Assembly: GCA_044866005.1 (NCBI GenBank) | Contig: JBIOTN010000067.1 | Span: 15,068 to 79,067 of the forward strand | Direction: 5' to 3' | Length of the DNA: 64,000 nucleotides | From: Candidatus Rokuibacteriota bacterium | GTDB lineage: Bacteria; Methylomirabilota; Methylomirabilia; Rokubacteriales; DASRDR01 | Part shown: piece after piece, positions 20,178 through 30,102 of the stretch | Numbering within the stretch: the stretch's first letter is position 1 | Layout: each line of letters starts with the position of its first letter | Notes under the pieces: model-generated | What the model was told of the DNA's origin: nothing | Seen by the model: the letters and a program-made list of their open reading frames with translations, nothing else | Databases searched by the model: none | Position numbers and translations under genes: made by a program

Positions 20178-21377
20178 ATGCCGATGGGCGCGATCCAGCG
20201 GGGCGTGAGGAATCCGTTCCGAAACGTGGCCAGGACCCTGGTCGCCGTCTGCCTCCTGGCCCTGGTCCTGGGACTCCTCGCGCTCATGGTCCAGGCGGCG
20301 CGGCTCAGCCGCGAGCAGCTCGGGAGGCTGGAGGCCCGGGTCCGGACGCTGATCGAGCTGCGGGAGGCGGGCGCGTTCGGCACCGGCGGCTTTGGCGGCG
20401 ACAAGCCGGTGGGTGAGGCGGACTTCTCCGTCGACACGCTGGACAAGGTCAGGCAGATCCCCCACGCCCGCCACATCGTCCGGATCGAGGAGTACATCTA
20501 CACCCCTCACATCGATCCGAGCCGGGGCAACGCCTACGCCATGATCATCGGCCTCCCTCCCGGAGCGGCGATGCGCGCGATCGGGGAGGTCGATTACGAA
20601 AACGCCCGGCTCATCGCGGGGCGGCCGCTCGGGCCGGACGACACCGAGGCCCCGGTGGCCGTGGTCGGCAAGCTCTACGCGAAGGAGCGGCTGGCTCTGC
20701 CGACTCCGACCGAGGCCGCCCTGGCCGGCCGGGCGCTCGTCCTGAACGGCCGGCCGTTCCGGATCGCCGGCGTCTACACCACGGACAACGACTTCGGCGA
20801 CAACCACGTCTTCGTCCCGCTCGAGGCGTTCCGGGCGACGTTTCGTCCCGGGAGAAAGCTCGGGAAGATCTTCGTCTCCGTAGACTCGGTGGCGAACGTC
20901 GATGCCGTCGTCCAGGACCTCAAGCGCATCCCGGAGACGGACGTGGTCACGACGCCCGAGGCCGTCTCGACCGCGCGCAGGACGCTCAGCGCGATGGCGG
21001 CGACGAGCGGGGTGGGCTCCATCGTGCTCTTCGCGGTCGGCGGTGTCCTGGTCGCCTTCGTCATGGTGCTCGTGACCAAGGAGCGGGTCCGAGAGATCGG
21101 GACCCTGAAGGCGATCGGCGCCGGCGACAGCGAGGTCCTCGGCCAGTTCCTGGCCGAGGTCTTTGCCCTCACGCTGATGGGAGCTCTCCTGGCCGTCCCG
21201 CTCGCCTACCTGGGCACGCCCGTGCTCCGCCACGCCCTCGGCGTGACCCTCGAGGTCGACCGGACGGTCTTTCTCCTCATCCTGGCGGGCGGCTTGCTGT
21301 TCGGGGCGCTGGGCAGCCTGTACCCGATCGTGAAGGGCCTCCGACTGAGCCCGGTCGAGGCCACGACGAAGGCCTGA
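20178..21377 (+). CDS. ABC transporter permease, FtsX/MacB family
   Basis: RNPFRN N-terminus, ERVREIGTLKAIGA and LSPVEA motifs. Confidence 0.85.
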   Translation: MPMGAIQRGVRNPFRNVARTLVAVCLLALVLGLLALMVQAARLSREQLGRLEARVRTLIELREAGAFGTGGFGGDKPVGEADFSVDTLDKVRQIPHARHIVRIEEYIYTPHIDPSRGNAYAMIIGLPPGAAMRAIGEVDYENARLIAGRPLGPDDTEAPVAVVGKLYAKERLALPTPTEAALAGRALVLNGRPFRIAGVYTTDNDFGDNHVFVPLEAFRATFRPGRKLGKIFVSVDSVANVDAVVQDLKRIPETDVVTTPEAVSTARRTLSAMAATSGVGSIVLFAVGGVLVAFVMVLVTKERVREIGTLKAIGAGDSEVLGQFLAEVFALTLMGALLAVPLAYLGTPVLRHALGVTLEVDRTVFLLILAGGLLFGALGSLYPIVKGLRLSPVEATTKA

Positions 21378-21388
21378 GGATACCCGGC

Positions 21389-22646
21389 ATGCGCATGGTC
21401 GTCCTCGGCGTCCGCAACCTCGGCCGGAACAAGCTCCGGCTGGCCCTCGGCGCCGGGCTGATCGGCGTGCCCGTCTTCCTGCTGCTCGTGTTCCAGGCGA
21501 TGGGGGCGGCCGTGCGGGCGCAGACGGAGCTGCTCAAGCAGGGCGTCGACACGCACCTCCAGCTCCGGGCGAAAGGCTCGATGGGCCACGTGAACATGGT
21601 GGGCAGCTCCCGGCTGCTGCCCGGAGAGGCCCTCCAAAGGGCGCGCGGGATCGAGCGCGTGGCGAAGGTCGAGCCGTACCTGCTCGCCATGAATCCGACC
21701 GAGGGCCACAACTTCGCGATGCACGTCGGCCTGCAGGTCGGGGACGCCAAGCGGCTGGAGTCCCATGGGGAAGCCGGGAATCCCCGGATCGTTGCCGGGC
21801 GCGACCTGACGGCGGCCGACGCCGGCCGGGATGTCGCCCTGATCGGCCAGGGCTATGCCCGGTGGGCGGGCCTCACACCGGACCGGCTCCCCGCGCCGTT
21901 CGTGGTCGACCCCGCCCGGTCGAACCCCGTGATCTTCCGCCTCGACCGGCCACGCCACGAGCTGACGGTCGTGGGCATCTACGCGAGCGGCTATGTCTTC
22001 GGGGATCTGCAGCTCTTCATGCCGATCGAGACCTTCCGCCGCATCTACGGCGCGGACCAGGGCTTCTCCTGGCTGTTCGTCACGGTCGAGTCGGTCGACC
22101 ACGTGGCGGCCGTGGAACGGCGACTCCGCGAGGCGCTGGGGGGCGTGGCCGACATCATCGCGCCCACGGCAGCGGCCGCCTTCGCCAGCACGGCCACGCA
22201 CGCCGTGGAGCGGGTGACTGGCGCGGTGACGCTGTTCGCGGCCGCGCTGATGGTCGTGGTCGTCTTCTTCGTCATGCTGGTGATCGTCCGCGAGCGCGCT
22301 CGCGAGATCGGGACGCTGAAAGCGATCGGCGCCTCCGACGGGGACCTCGTCCTCGAGTTCCTGTCCGAGGCCGTCGCGCTCACCGCGACGGGCGGTCTCC
22401 TCGGGCTCCTGCTCTTTCAGGCGCTCGGCGGGGTCCTGGCTGGGCGGCTGTTCGCCCTCGGTGTCGCCCCGTTCCTGCCGGCCCCGTACAGGGAGACGCT
22501 CTTCGACGCGCTGGGCGGCGTCGGCGCCGCCATGACCCCCGCCACCGTCGGCCTCGTCGGGCTGATCGCCCTCGTCGTCGCGTCGGTGGGCAGCGGCTAC
22601 GGCGTCTGGCAGGTCACGCGGCTCTCCCCCGTAGAGGCGATGCGCC

Positions 22647-22654
<8 letters not shown>
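21389..22654 (+). CDS. ABC transporter permease, FtsX/MacB family
   Basis: RNLGRNKLR, ERAREIGTLKAIGA and LSPVEAMR motifs. Confidence 0.85.
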
Positions 22655-23324
<670 letters not shown>

Positions 23325-23341
23325 CGATTGGGGGGCTTCCC

Positions 23342-24025
23342 GTGCTGAGAGGCCGAGCCTGCAGGCTCCTGCTCATCGCGGCCGTGGTCCTCGCGGGCCC
23401 GGCGCCCGGCGGGGGCCAGCCCATGCCGGCGTCCACCGCGCCCACGGAGGCGGTCATTTCCGTTCGGGCCGCGGCCGGCGGGACCCTGCCGCAAGTGACC
23501 CGCGACCGGATCCGCGCCGTGCCGAACATCACGGCCATCGAGCCGTTCCTCGAAGGCAAGACGGCCGACGGGGTGAGGGTGATCGGGGTGGAACCCGCGC
23601 CGGCCCTCCACCTCCGGTCGGGCACCGGCATACGGCCCATCGGCATCGTCCAGGGCCGCGGCATCGAGGCCGGCGACGCGCCGGAGGCGATCGTCGTCGG
23701 GAGGACGTTTTCGCAGAAGAACAAGACGGCGCTGGGGCTGAGCATCCCGGCCATGCTGACGAAGGATCATTTTCCCCCGCTCCTCGTCGGCGGCCAGGGC
23801 TTCGCGATCATCGGGATCTACACGACCGGCGACGCCGCGACCGACGACCAGGTGCTCGTGCTGCTGCCGACCGCCCAGAAGCTCCTCAACCAACCCGGCC
23901 GGCTGAGCGGGCTCTATGTCACGGTCACGCCGGCGTCGCCCCGCACGGTCGAAGACGTCGCCGGCAGGCTGCGCCGCGCGCTCGGGGGCTCCGCCGAGGT
24001 GGTGGCGCTGCCGGGCCCGCGCTGA
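23342..24025 (+). CDS. Secreted stand-alone MacB-periplasmic-core-like protein
   Basis: Signal peptide; resembles the periplasmic parts of the adjacent permeases (IVQGR, IIGIYTT, LPTAQKL). Confidence 0.65.
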   Translation: MLRGRACRLLLIAAVVLAGPAPGGGQPMPASTAPTEAVISVRAAAGGTLPQVTRDRIRAVPNITAIEPFLEGKTADGVRVIGVEPAPALHLRSGTGIRPIGIVQGRGIEAGDAPEAIVVGRTFSQKNKTALGLSIPAMLTKDHFPPLLVGGQGFAIIGIYTTGDAATDDQVLVLLPTAQKLLNQPGRLSGLYVTVTPASPRTVEDVAGRLRRALGGSAEVVALPGPR

Positions 24026-24050
24026 GCGACGTCATGCACGGGAGCACGTC

Positions 24051-24914
24051 GTGAGGGACTCTCGAGGCGCGGCTCGGGAGGGACGCGTCGTCGAGGACGC
24101 GGCCGCGACGAAACCGGGCGGCACCCTCTCGCCCCTTCGCGGTCTGTGGGTGCCGAGCCTCGCCCTTCTCGGGGTCGCGCTCGTCGGCTGGACGGCCTGG
24201 ACCTACGGCGCCTTGAGGGGCCTCGAGTCCGCTGGCTTCGATGCGCCGTGGGCGCTCGCGGGCCTCGGATTCCTCGCCGGGGTCGGCGCCTTCTTCGCCC
24301 CGTGCGCGTTCGCGCTGTTCCCAGCCTATGTCTCGTACTACCTGAGCCTATCCGGCGAAGGCCGCACCGTCGGCCGGTCGCTCGGCCTGGGGCTCGCCTG
24401 CGCCGCGGGCAGTGCGCTGTTCTTCGGGCTGGTGGGGGGCGTGATTGCGCTGGCCGGCGGGGCGATCTCCACCTACTTGATCGCCGCGAAGCCCTTCGTG
24501 GCCCTCGGGGTTGTCGTGCTCGGTGCCGTGCAGCTTGCTGACGTCCGGATGCCGTCCCTGGCCCTGCCTTTTCCCCTGGACACCGGAGGCGCTCGCTCGG
24601 CGGGGGTCGCCGTGTTCCTCTACGGCTTCGGGTACGCGCTCGCGTCCACCGGCTGCACCTTGCCGATCTACGTCTCGATCACCGTCCTGCCGCTCACGAC
24701 CGGCTTCTCCGGGTCGGCTCTCTTGACCTTTACGGCCTTCGCCGTCGCGATGGCGAGCTTGATGCTCGTCACCACCGTCTTGGTGGGGCTCGCCAAGCGG
24801 AGGATCCTGGCCGCGCTTCAAGGGTCCACGGTCTGGATCAAGCGCGCTAGCGGCATCGTGCTCATCGCCGCGGGCCTCTACCTCGGCTACTACTACGTGA
24901 GAGCCGGAATGTGA
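24051..24914 (+). CDS. CcdA/DsbD-beta-family transmembrane electron transporter
   Basis: FFAPCAFALFP and STGCTLP Cys motifs; multiple TM segments; start approximate. Confidence 0.8.
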   Translation: MRDSRGAAREGRVVEDAAATKPGGTLSPLRGLWVPSLALLGVALVGWTAWTYGALRGLESAGFDAPWALAGLGFLAGVGAFFAPCAFALFPAYVSYYLSLSGEGRTVGRSLGLGLACAAGSALFFGLVGGVIALAGGAISTYLIAAKPFVALGVVVLGAVQLADVRMPSLALPFPLDTGGARSAGVAVFLYGFGYALASTGCTLPIYVSITVLPLTTGFSGSALLTFTAFAVAMASLMLVTTVLVGLAKRRILAALQGSTVWIKRASGIVLIAAGLYLGYYYVRAGM

Positions 24915-24937
24915 GCCGCCTCACAGGGAGACGACGC

Positions 24938-25246
24938 ATGCGACGTGTCGCCGGACTCATGGCGGTGCTGCTTCTGATGGCGTGGCTCACCGTGCCTGTC
25001 ACCGCCTTCGCGGCGACCAAGGTCGCCGTGATCGAGGTCAAGGGGATGGTCTGTCAGGCCTGACCCTTCTCGGTCAAGACAGCCTTGGAGAGGCTGCCGG
25101 GGGTGAGCCGAGCTGACGTGAGCCTCGAGAAGGCGGAGGCTCGGGTCGAGTTCGACGACGCGAAGATCTCGGCCGACAAGCTGGCCGCGGCCGTCGACCG
25201 GCTGGGCTTCCGCGCTCGGGTGCTCGCCGTCGAGCCAGGGGGGTAG
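24938..25246 (+). CDS. MerP-like periplasmic HMA protein, putative selenoprotein (GMVCQA-U-P; U42)
   Basis: Signal peptide ending AFA; TGA 25061-25063 replaces the second Cys of GMxCxxC; HMA fold continues to TAG 25246; hairpin 25080-25096. Confidence 0.85.
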
Positions 25247-25247
25247 C

Positions 25248-25514
25248 GTGCCGGTCGAGATCGAGCTCTTGACCGCGCCCGGCTGAGGGAAATGCGAGGC
25301 CGCCAAGGCGTTGGCGCTCGACGTGATCGACTCGGTCCGAGCGGAGTGCCATGATGTGTGGCTCACGGTCGTCGACGTCACGGAGCAGCCTGCCGTGGCG
25401 GTGAAGTACCGCGTGACGGCGACGCCCGCCATCGCGATCGACGGAGTCCTCGCCTTCCGCGGCGTCCCCCCAGCCCACGTCCTCCGCGACCGAATCTTGC
25501 AGGCGAAGGCGTGA
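25248..25514 (+). CDS. Small thioredoxin/glutaredoxin-like protein, putative selenoprotein (PG-U-GKC; U13)
   Basis: GTG 25248; TGA 25284-25286 gives UxxC; KYRVTATPAIAIDG cis-Pro motif; hairpin 25301-25316. Confidence 0.85.
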
Positions 25515-25568
25515 CTCGGTCTCGAAGAGCGGAGCCACAGCCCCCCTTTGGCTTGGCCACGATTTCAC

Positions 25569-25600
25569 TTGACTCTCCTCCCAGGAGGAGGGTTTAGCCT
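25569..25600 (+). promoter_or_regulatory. MerR-family promoter with 20-bp spacer
   Basis: TTGACT, dyad CTCCTCC-CA-GGAGGAG (25575-25590), TAGCCT; upstream of the second MerR gene. Confidence 0.75.
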
Positions 25601-25618
25601 CGGGTCAGGACGGGACAC

Positions 25619-26080
25619 ATGAGCGAGTTGAAGATCGGGGCGCTGGCCCGGCTCGCGGGCTGCACGGTCAAGGCCATTCGATTCTACGAGGCGAACGGCC
25701 TCCTTTTCGCCGCTGCGCGCAGCCCGGCCCGGTACCGGCTCTATACCGAGCGCGACCTCAGACAACTCCAATTCATCCAGCGTGCGAAGCTGATCGGGCT
25801 CCCGCTCACCAAGATCAAGAGTCTGGTCGTTCACGTGAGCGAGGAGCAGTGCGGGTGTCCCACGATCCGGCCTCAGCTGGAGCAGCTGATCCGCGAGCAG
25901 CTCAAGGAAGTGGGGGACAAGCTCGACCAGCTGGCGCTCCTCAAGCACGAGCTGGAGGGCTTGCTGGCAAAGATGCGTGGCGCCGTGCGACCACTTCCCC
26001 AAGAGCTCTGCGTGTGCGGCGCACAGCATCACTCGGGGTTTGTCGGACTCGTGAAGCTCAAGCAAGGAGGACGGCGATGA
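25619..26080 (+). CDS. MerR-family heavy-metal-responsive regulator
   Basis: LKIGALA, AIRFYE and RYRLY motifs; Cys in QCGCP and LCVC. Confidence 0.9.
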   Translation: MSELKIGALARLAGCTVKAIRFYEANGLLFAAARSPARYRLYTERDLRQLQFIQRAKLIGLPLTKIKSLVVHVSEEQCGCPTIRPQLEQLIREQLKEVGDKLDQLALLKHELEGLLAKMRGAVRPLPQELCVCGAQHHSGFVGLVKLKQGGRR

Positions 26081-26412
26081 ACAAGAGTCGGAAGTCACCG
26101 GGCCTGCCGGTCCTGCCCGCCCCGCGCACCGACTGCGGGGACGGCAGCTGCGGCTGTGGCTGCGGGATTCCGCTGGCCACGCCCAAGCCCACAAAGACCG
26201 GCAAGCAACGTACACGCCCGACCGGGGAAGGAGGAGCGAACATGGAGCCGGTGAGAATGTCGCTGTGCCATGAAGGTGCGGAGTGTCCGGAGGTGGTCGT
26301 CGAGCGAGACGAGGTTCGCATCGGCGAAGCCGGCAACCTGGCCGTGCTCAAGAAGGACGAGTGGAACATCCTCGTCGAGCTGATCCGATCGGGACAGCTG
26401 ACGCAGCTGTAG
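26077..26412 (+). CDS. Small Cys-rich protein (alternative start at 26242 gives a 56-aa protein)
   Basis: ATGA overlap with MerR stop; DCGDGSCGCGCG cluster; strong internal RBS AAGGAGG before ATG 26242 (SLCHEGAECPEV). Confidence 0.55.
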   Translation: MNKSRKSPGLPVLPAPRTDCGDGSCGCGCGIPLATPKPTKTGKQRTRPTGEGGANMEPVRMSLCHEGAECPEVVVERDEVRIGEAGNLAVLKKDEWNILVELIRSGQLTQL

Positions 26413-26434
26413 AGTCGCGCGACGGAGAGCTCTC

Positions 26435-26578
26435 ATGGCACTGAAGAAGGGAGAGCGCTACCGCTGCCCGGATCCGAAGTGCGGCTGCGAGATCGAGGTC
26501 ACCAAGGGCGCCGCGCCGGGCCAGGGCGGCGATCTGAACCCGCGTTGCTGCTGCGGCAAGGAGATGCAGCGCGTGTGA
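26435..26578 (+). CDS. 47-aa desulforedoxin-like metal-binding protein
   Basis: MALKKGERYRCPDPKCGCEIEVTKGAAPGQGGDLNPRCCCGKEMQRV; RBS GGAGAG; below the ORF-track cutoff. Confidence 0.75.
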   Translation: MALKKGERYRCPDPKCGCEIEVTKGAAPGQGGDLNPRCCCGKEMQRV

Positions 26579-26638
26579 CGGGACGGGGTGCGGGACAATG
26601 GCCCCGCCCCCCGGTGCTCCGGGCAGAGGGACGCAGCA

Positions 26639-28081
26639 TCAGCGTCGTACGCGCCTCGTAGGCAGCAGGGCCCGACTCAGGTGGCGATTCCAGCTCCCGT
26701 AGCGCTCTCGGATCGCGCCCCGGGGGAGCGCCAGGAGGATCACGGCGGCGCCGATGATCATGTCGTTCGACGTCGCACCGACATTCGAGCCGGCGAGCAC
26801 CCAGGGCGCGACGACGAGCCAGGCCCCGACAACGACGTTGACGAGGCGCAAGGGGCGGGCCACTTCCGCCGTCACGATGATGGCCAAAGTCAGGATCAAC
26901 GCCCCTCCGATGTGGTCGCTGTCCGCAGCCGGGCCCTCGGCCTGGACCACGGCGGGCGCCGCCATCAGCCAGACGCCAAGCGCCGCGCTGACCAGGAGAG
27001 TCCAGGGAGCGCCGATCCCCCACAGCATGGCCGGGACGATCCGGGAGATCGGTGACCCGTAGCGCGGGGTTCGGAGATCCTTGCCCTCGCGCTCGGTCGT
27101 GCCGCCCACCCAGAACGTCCACCAGAAGGGCTTCCCCTCCCGGACACTCTGGGCGAGGAACTGTCCCATCGCGACGACCTCGTCGAGCGTCAGGGGAATC
27201 ATCAACAACATGAGGAAGGCCGCCGCCAGACAGAGGGTGCACCACTGACCGACGATGACGGGCTGGAGAATGACCAGCACGATGTGGGTGATGCCGAGCG
27301 GGACGACGAGGATCCCGAAGAACGTCACCATCCATGGCATCGTGCGCCACCGAGTCTGGCCGCCCATGTAGCCCATGAGGGCTTCGAACGTATAGGCCGC
27401 CGCGCCCAGCCCCGCGTCCGAGATCGGCCAGGCACGCGAGACCTCCGAGTGGAGGACGCGCATGGTGCCTTCACCGAAGAACGGTTCCCAGGCGACGTCG
27501 ACATAGCCGAGCTGGACGGCGGCCAGATAGCGGGAGATGAACCAGCCGGCGAAGGCGAGCGCGATGATGGGCGTCCGCTGGAGCCAGGAAGACGGATTGT
27601 ACGTCCATCCGGGCGGGATCTCCGGGCCGGGCTTCATCATGACCAGATGATGGGCCGCGCCCGGCATCATGGGCACGAGCACCGAGAAGGTGATTGCCAG
27701 CGCCCCGACCAGGGTATCGTTGACGTAGGCGACCGGGCGTGGCGCCCAGAAGAGGAGCGGCGCAAACTGCAGCCACACGCCGACGAGACACACCGCCCAG
27801 CGCCCCGCGAAATCCAGGCGCGGCAAGAGCGACAGCGCGCCGAAGCACGCGAGCAGCGCCCCGCTGATCGTGTCGCTCCACGCGGTCGCCGCGCTTTCGT
27901 AGCCGAACGTGGCGGGACTACCGATCAGCCATACGCCCAGCACCGCGTTCGTCACGTTGGTCCAGAGCCATTTCGCGCGCTGCTGCCGGATCATCTCCAG
28001 ATGGTCTCGAGCGTGTTCCTGCACCCCGTCCCGCGGGAGTGGCGCGGCAGGGGCGGCGTGCTCGGGACCTCGCCGGCTCAT
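26639..28081 (-). CDS. Vitamin K epoxide reductase-family membrane protein with SPW repeats
   Basis: GWTYNPSSW, QWCTLC CxxC, repeated GVWLxxxP helices. Confidence 0.8.
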   Translation of the reverse strand: MSRRGPEHAAPAAPLPRDGVQEHARDHLEMIRQQRAKWLWTNVTNAVLGVWLIGSPATFGYESAATAWSDTISGALLACFGALSLLPRLDFAGRWAVCLVGVWLQFAPLLFWAPRPVAYVNDTLVGALAITFSVLVPMMPGAAHHLVMMKPGPEIPPGWTYNPSSWLQRTPIIALAFAGWFISRYLAAVQLGYVDVAWEPFFGEGTMRVLHSEVSRAWPISDAGLGAAAYTFEALMGYMGGQTRWRTMPWMVTFFGILVVPLGITHIVLVILQPVIVGQWCTLCLAAAFLMLLMIPLTLDEVVAMGQFLAQSVREGKPFWWTFWVGGTTEREGKDLRTPRYGSPISRIVPAMLWGIGAPWTLLVSAALGVWLMAAPAVVQAEGPAADSDHIGGALILTLAIIVTAEVARPLRLVNVVVGAWLVVAPWVLAGSNVGATSNDMIIGAAVILLALPRGAIRERYGSWNRHLSRALLPTRRVRR

Positions 28082-28096
28082 CGGGCTCTCGCGGCT

Positions 28097-29176
28097 CTAA
28101 GCGGCCGTCCGGTCGAGCGATGACGGCGGCTCGAGCTTGTTCGCGCGATACCAGCCGAGGGGGTCGGCCTCGAGCGCGGCGATCATCTTGGGGAGCGTGC
28201 CTCCGAGCGAACGCTTCGGCTCCCAGCCGAGCAGGGTGCGCGCCCGGGTGATGTCGAGGGCGTAATGGTCGTCGGCGAGGTCGATCATCCACGGCTTGAT
28301 GAACGGCTCGTCGCCCAGGGGCATCTGATCCTGGACCCAGGCGCCGGCCTTGGCCAGGGCCTTCGGGATCTCGCGCGTCTCCCACTCTTCCCCGTGGATC
28401 AGCCGACCGAGCGTGTGTTGCAGCTCGTCGTAGCTGAGCGTCGCCGGCTCTCCCACGAGCAGCGGCAGCTCCGGCGGCAGCTCGGCCCGGCGCTCGACGA
28501 CCCTGAGGAAGGCCTCCACCAGATCCTCGAGGTGGACGAACGCCTGTCCGTGCGAGATGGCGCCGGGAAAGACGCGACTCGTGACCCGGCGCTCGTAGAT
28601 CCGCTGAATCTGGCGCGCGAGCGGGATCGAGTGGCACCGGTCATCGTAGACGCCGGCGATCCGCAGGAGCACCGCGGGGATGTCACCGCGCTCGGCGCGG
28701 ATGAGTCGCTCGGTCGTGACTTTCGACTCGGGGTAGTCCCACTTGGGCTCGAGCGGCCAATCTTCGTTGATGCGCTGACCGGGTGCGCAAGGCGCATGGA
28801 CGAGCATGGTGCTGGAGAACACGAACTGCTCGACCTGGAAGCGCTTGACGGCCCGAAGCAGCCGCTCGGTTCCTCGGATCGTAATCTCCTCGTATTTCGG
28901 GCTCGGCTCGCCGGAGAAGTCGTAGTACGCGGCGAGGTGGATGATCGAGGCGACGCGCTCGCCGTGGCGGGCGCGGACGCCGGCGAGGGCGCGGTCGACG
29001 CTCTCGTCCGAGGTGAGGTCGACGCGCACGCAGCCGGCGGTAGGTGGCGGCTCGGGCGGGTCGTCACGGTCGAAGCCCACGGTCGTGACGCGTTCGGTGA
29101 GCCTCTTGGCCGCCGCATAGCCGATGAGTCCGCTGCTCCCCGTGACGATCACGACCCCCGGCGATCGCGAGTCCAT
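28097..29176 (-). CDS. NAD-dependent epimerase/dehydratase
   Basis: VTGSSGLIG, IHLAAY, FSST and YPESK motifs. Confidence 0.88.
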   Translation of the reverse strand: MDSRSPGVVIVTGSSGLIGYAAAKRLTERVTTVGFDRDDPPEPPPTAGCVRVDLTSDESVDRALAGVRARHGERVASIIHLAAYYDFSGEPSPKYEEITIRGTERLLRAVKRFQVEQFVFSSTMLVHAPCAPGQRINEDWPLEPKWDYPESKVTTERLIRAERGDIPAVLLRIAGVYDDRCHSIPLARQIQRIYERRVTSRVFPGAISHGQAFVHLEDLVEAFLRVVERRAELPPELPLLVGEPATLSYDELQHTLGRLIHGEEWETREIPKALAKAGAWVQDQMPLGDEPFIKPWMIDLADDHYALDITRARTLLGWEPKRSLGGTLPKMIAALEADPLGWYRANKLEPPSSLDRTAA

Positions 29177-29201
29177 GTGGCCTCCACCCGCTGACGGATG
29201 G

Positions 29202-29543
29202 CTACGGTTTGGGCGGCTGCTTGCCCGGGCTCATCATTCCGCCCGTCATGCCCCCCGAGCCCATGCGGCCCATCATCTCCATCATCCGGGTCATGCCGGC
29301 CATGACGTCGCCGTTTCCCATCTGGCGGGCCATGCGCATCATCCCGTCCATCAGCTTGGCCGCGCGGCCGGACTGCAAGAGGTCCTGCATGGCGCGCCGG
29401 CCTTCCTCGCTCATGCCCCCGCCCTGCATCATCTCGACGCAGGCCGCCTGGGGGTCGGCCGGCGCCTGTTGAGCGCGAGCGGTGGGGACGGCGAGCAGGG
29501 CCAGGAGCGCGGGTCCCAGGATCGTCACTGTCCGCAGTGTCAT
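29202..29543 (-). CDS. Secreted Met/Gly-rich protein
   Basis: RBS AGGAGG; signal peptide ending ARA; about 20 Met in 113 aa. Confidence 0.75.
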   Translation of the reverse strand: MTLRTVTILGPALLALLAVPTARAQQAPADPQAACVEMMQGGGMSEEGRRAMQDLLQSGRAAKLMDGMMRMARQMGNGDVMAGMTRMMEMMGRMGSGGMTGGMMSPGKQPPKP

Positions 29544-29657
29544 GGTCGATCCTCCTGTCGACGCCGGTGCGTGCGGTCCGTAACCCTGCAAAGCGGGTAC
29601 CGCCGATCGCCCGGTTTGCGTGCGCCGGGACGCGAAGGATGGTAAGCTACCGGCCAG

Positions 29658-29987
29658 ATGGGGAAGCGGAGTCACCCCGCCGTTCCGATGACCCCGGCTC
29701 TCGCCGCCGTGCTGGCGGTCGTGGTCGCCGGCTTCTGCCTCGCCATCGAGGCCGGGACGGCCCACGCCGCAGGCGACGGGTGTCCGGCCTCGGAGTCCTC
29801 GCCCCGGTTCTGCGCGCAGGCCGGTCCCGGCGATCAGGCGGTTCCGGGGCTGACCGTGGCGGCACTGGTGCCGCCGCCGGGGCCCGAGCTGGGCGACTGG
29901 CTGCCCGTCTCGGCCGCGCCGCCGCCGGCCGTCCGCTTCCACGCGGACGTCTCCCGCCCCCGCGCGCCCCCGCTCCTTCCCGCCTAG
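29658..29987 (+). CDS. Secreted leader protein with C-terminal RAPP motif (DUF2946/CutF/CruR-like; putative arrest peptide)
   Basis: Signal peptide (AHA), Cys residues, Pro-rich linker, ...SRPRAPPLLPA stop; first gene of a Cu/redox operon. Confidence 0.6.
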   Translation: MGKRSHPAVPMTPALAAVLAVVVAGFCLAIEAGTAHAAGDGCPASESSPRFCAQAGPGDQAVPGLTVAALVPPPGPELGDWLPVSAAPPPAVRFHADVSRPRAPPLLPA

Positions 29988-30102
29988 TCGCTCGATCTCG
30001 CTCGTTGGGATACCGGCCGCCGCGGACGGCGGCCAGGCTCGAGACTCGTCGCTCGACGTCATCGGACGACGTGTCCGTGGGCGCGTGGCGGAGGCGTGAA
30101 CT

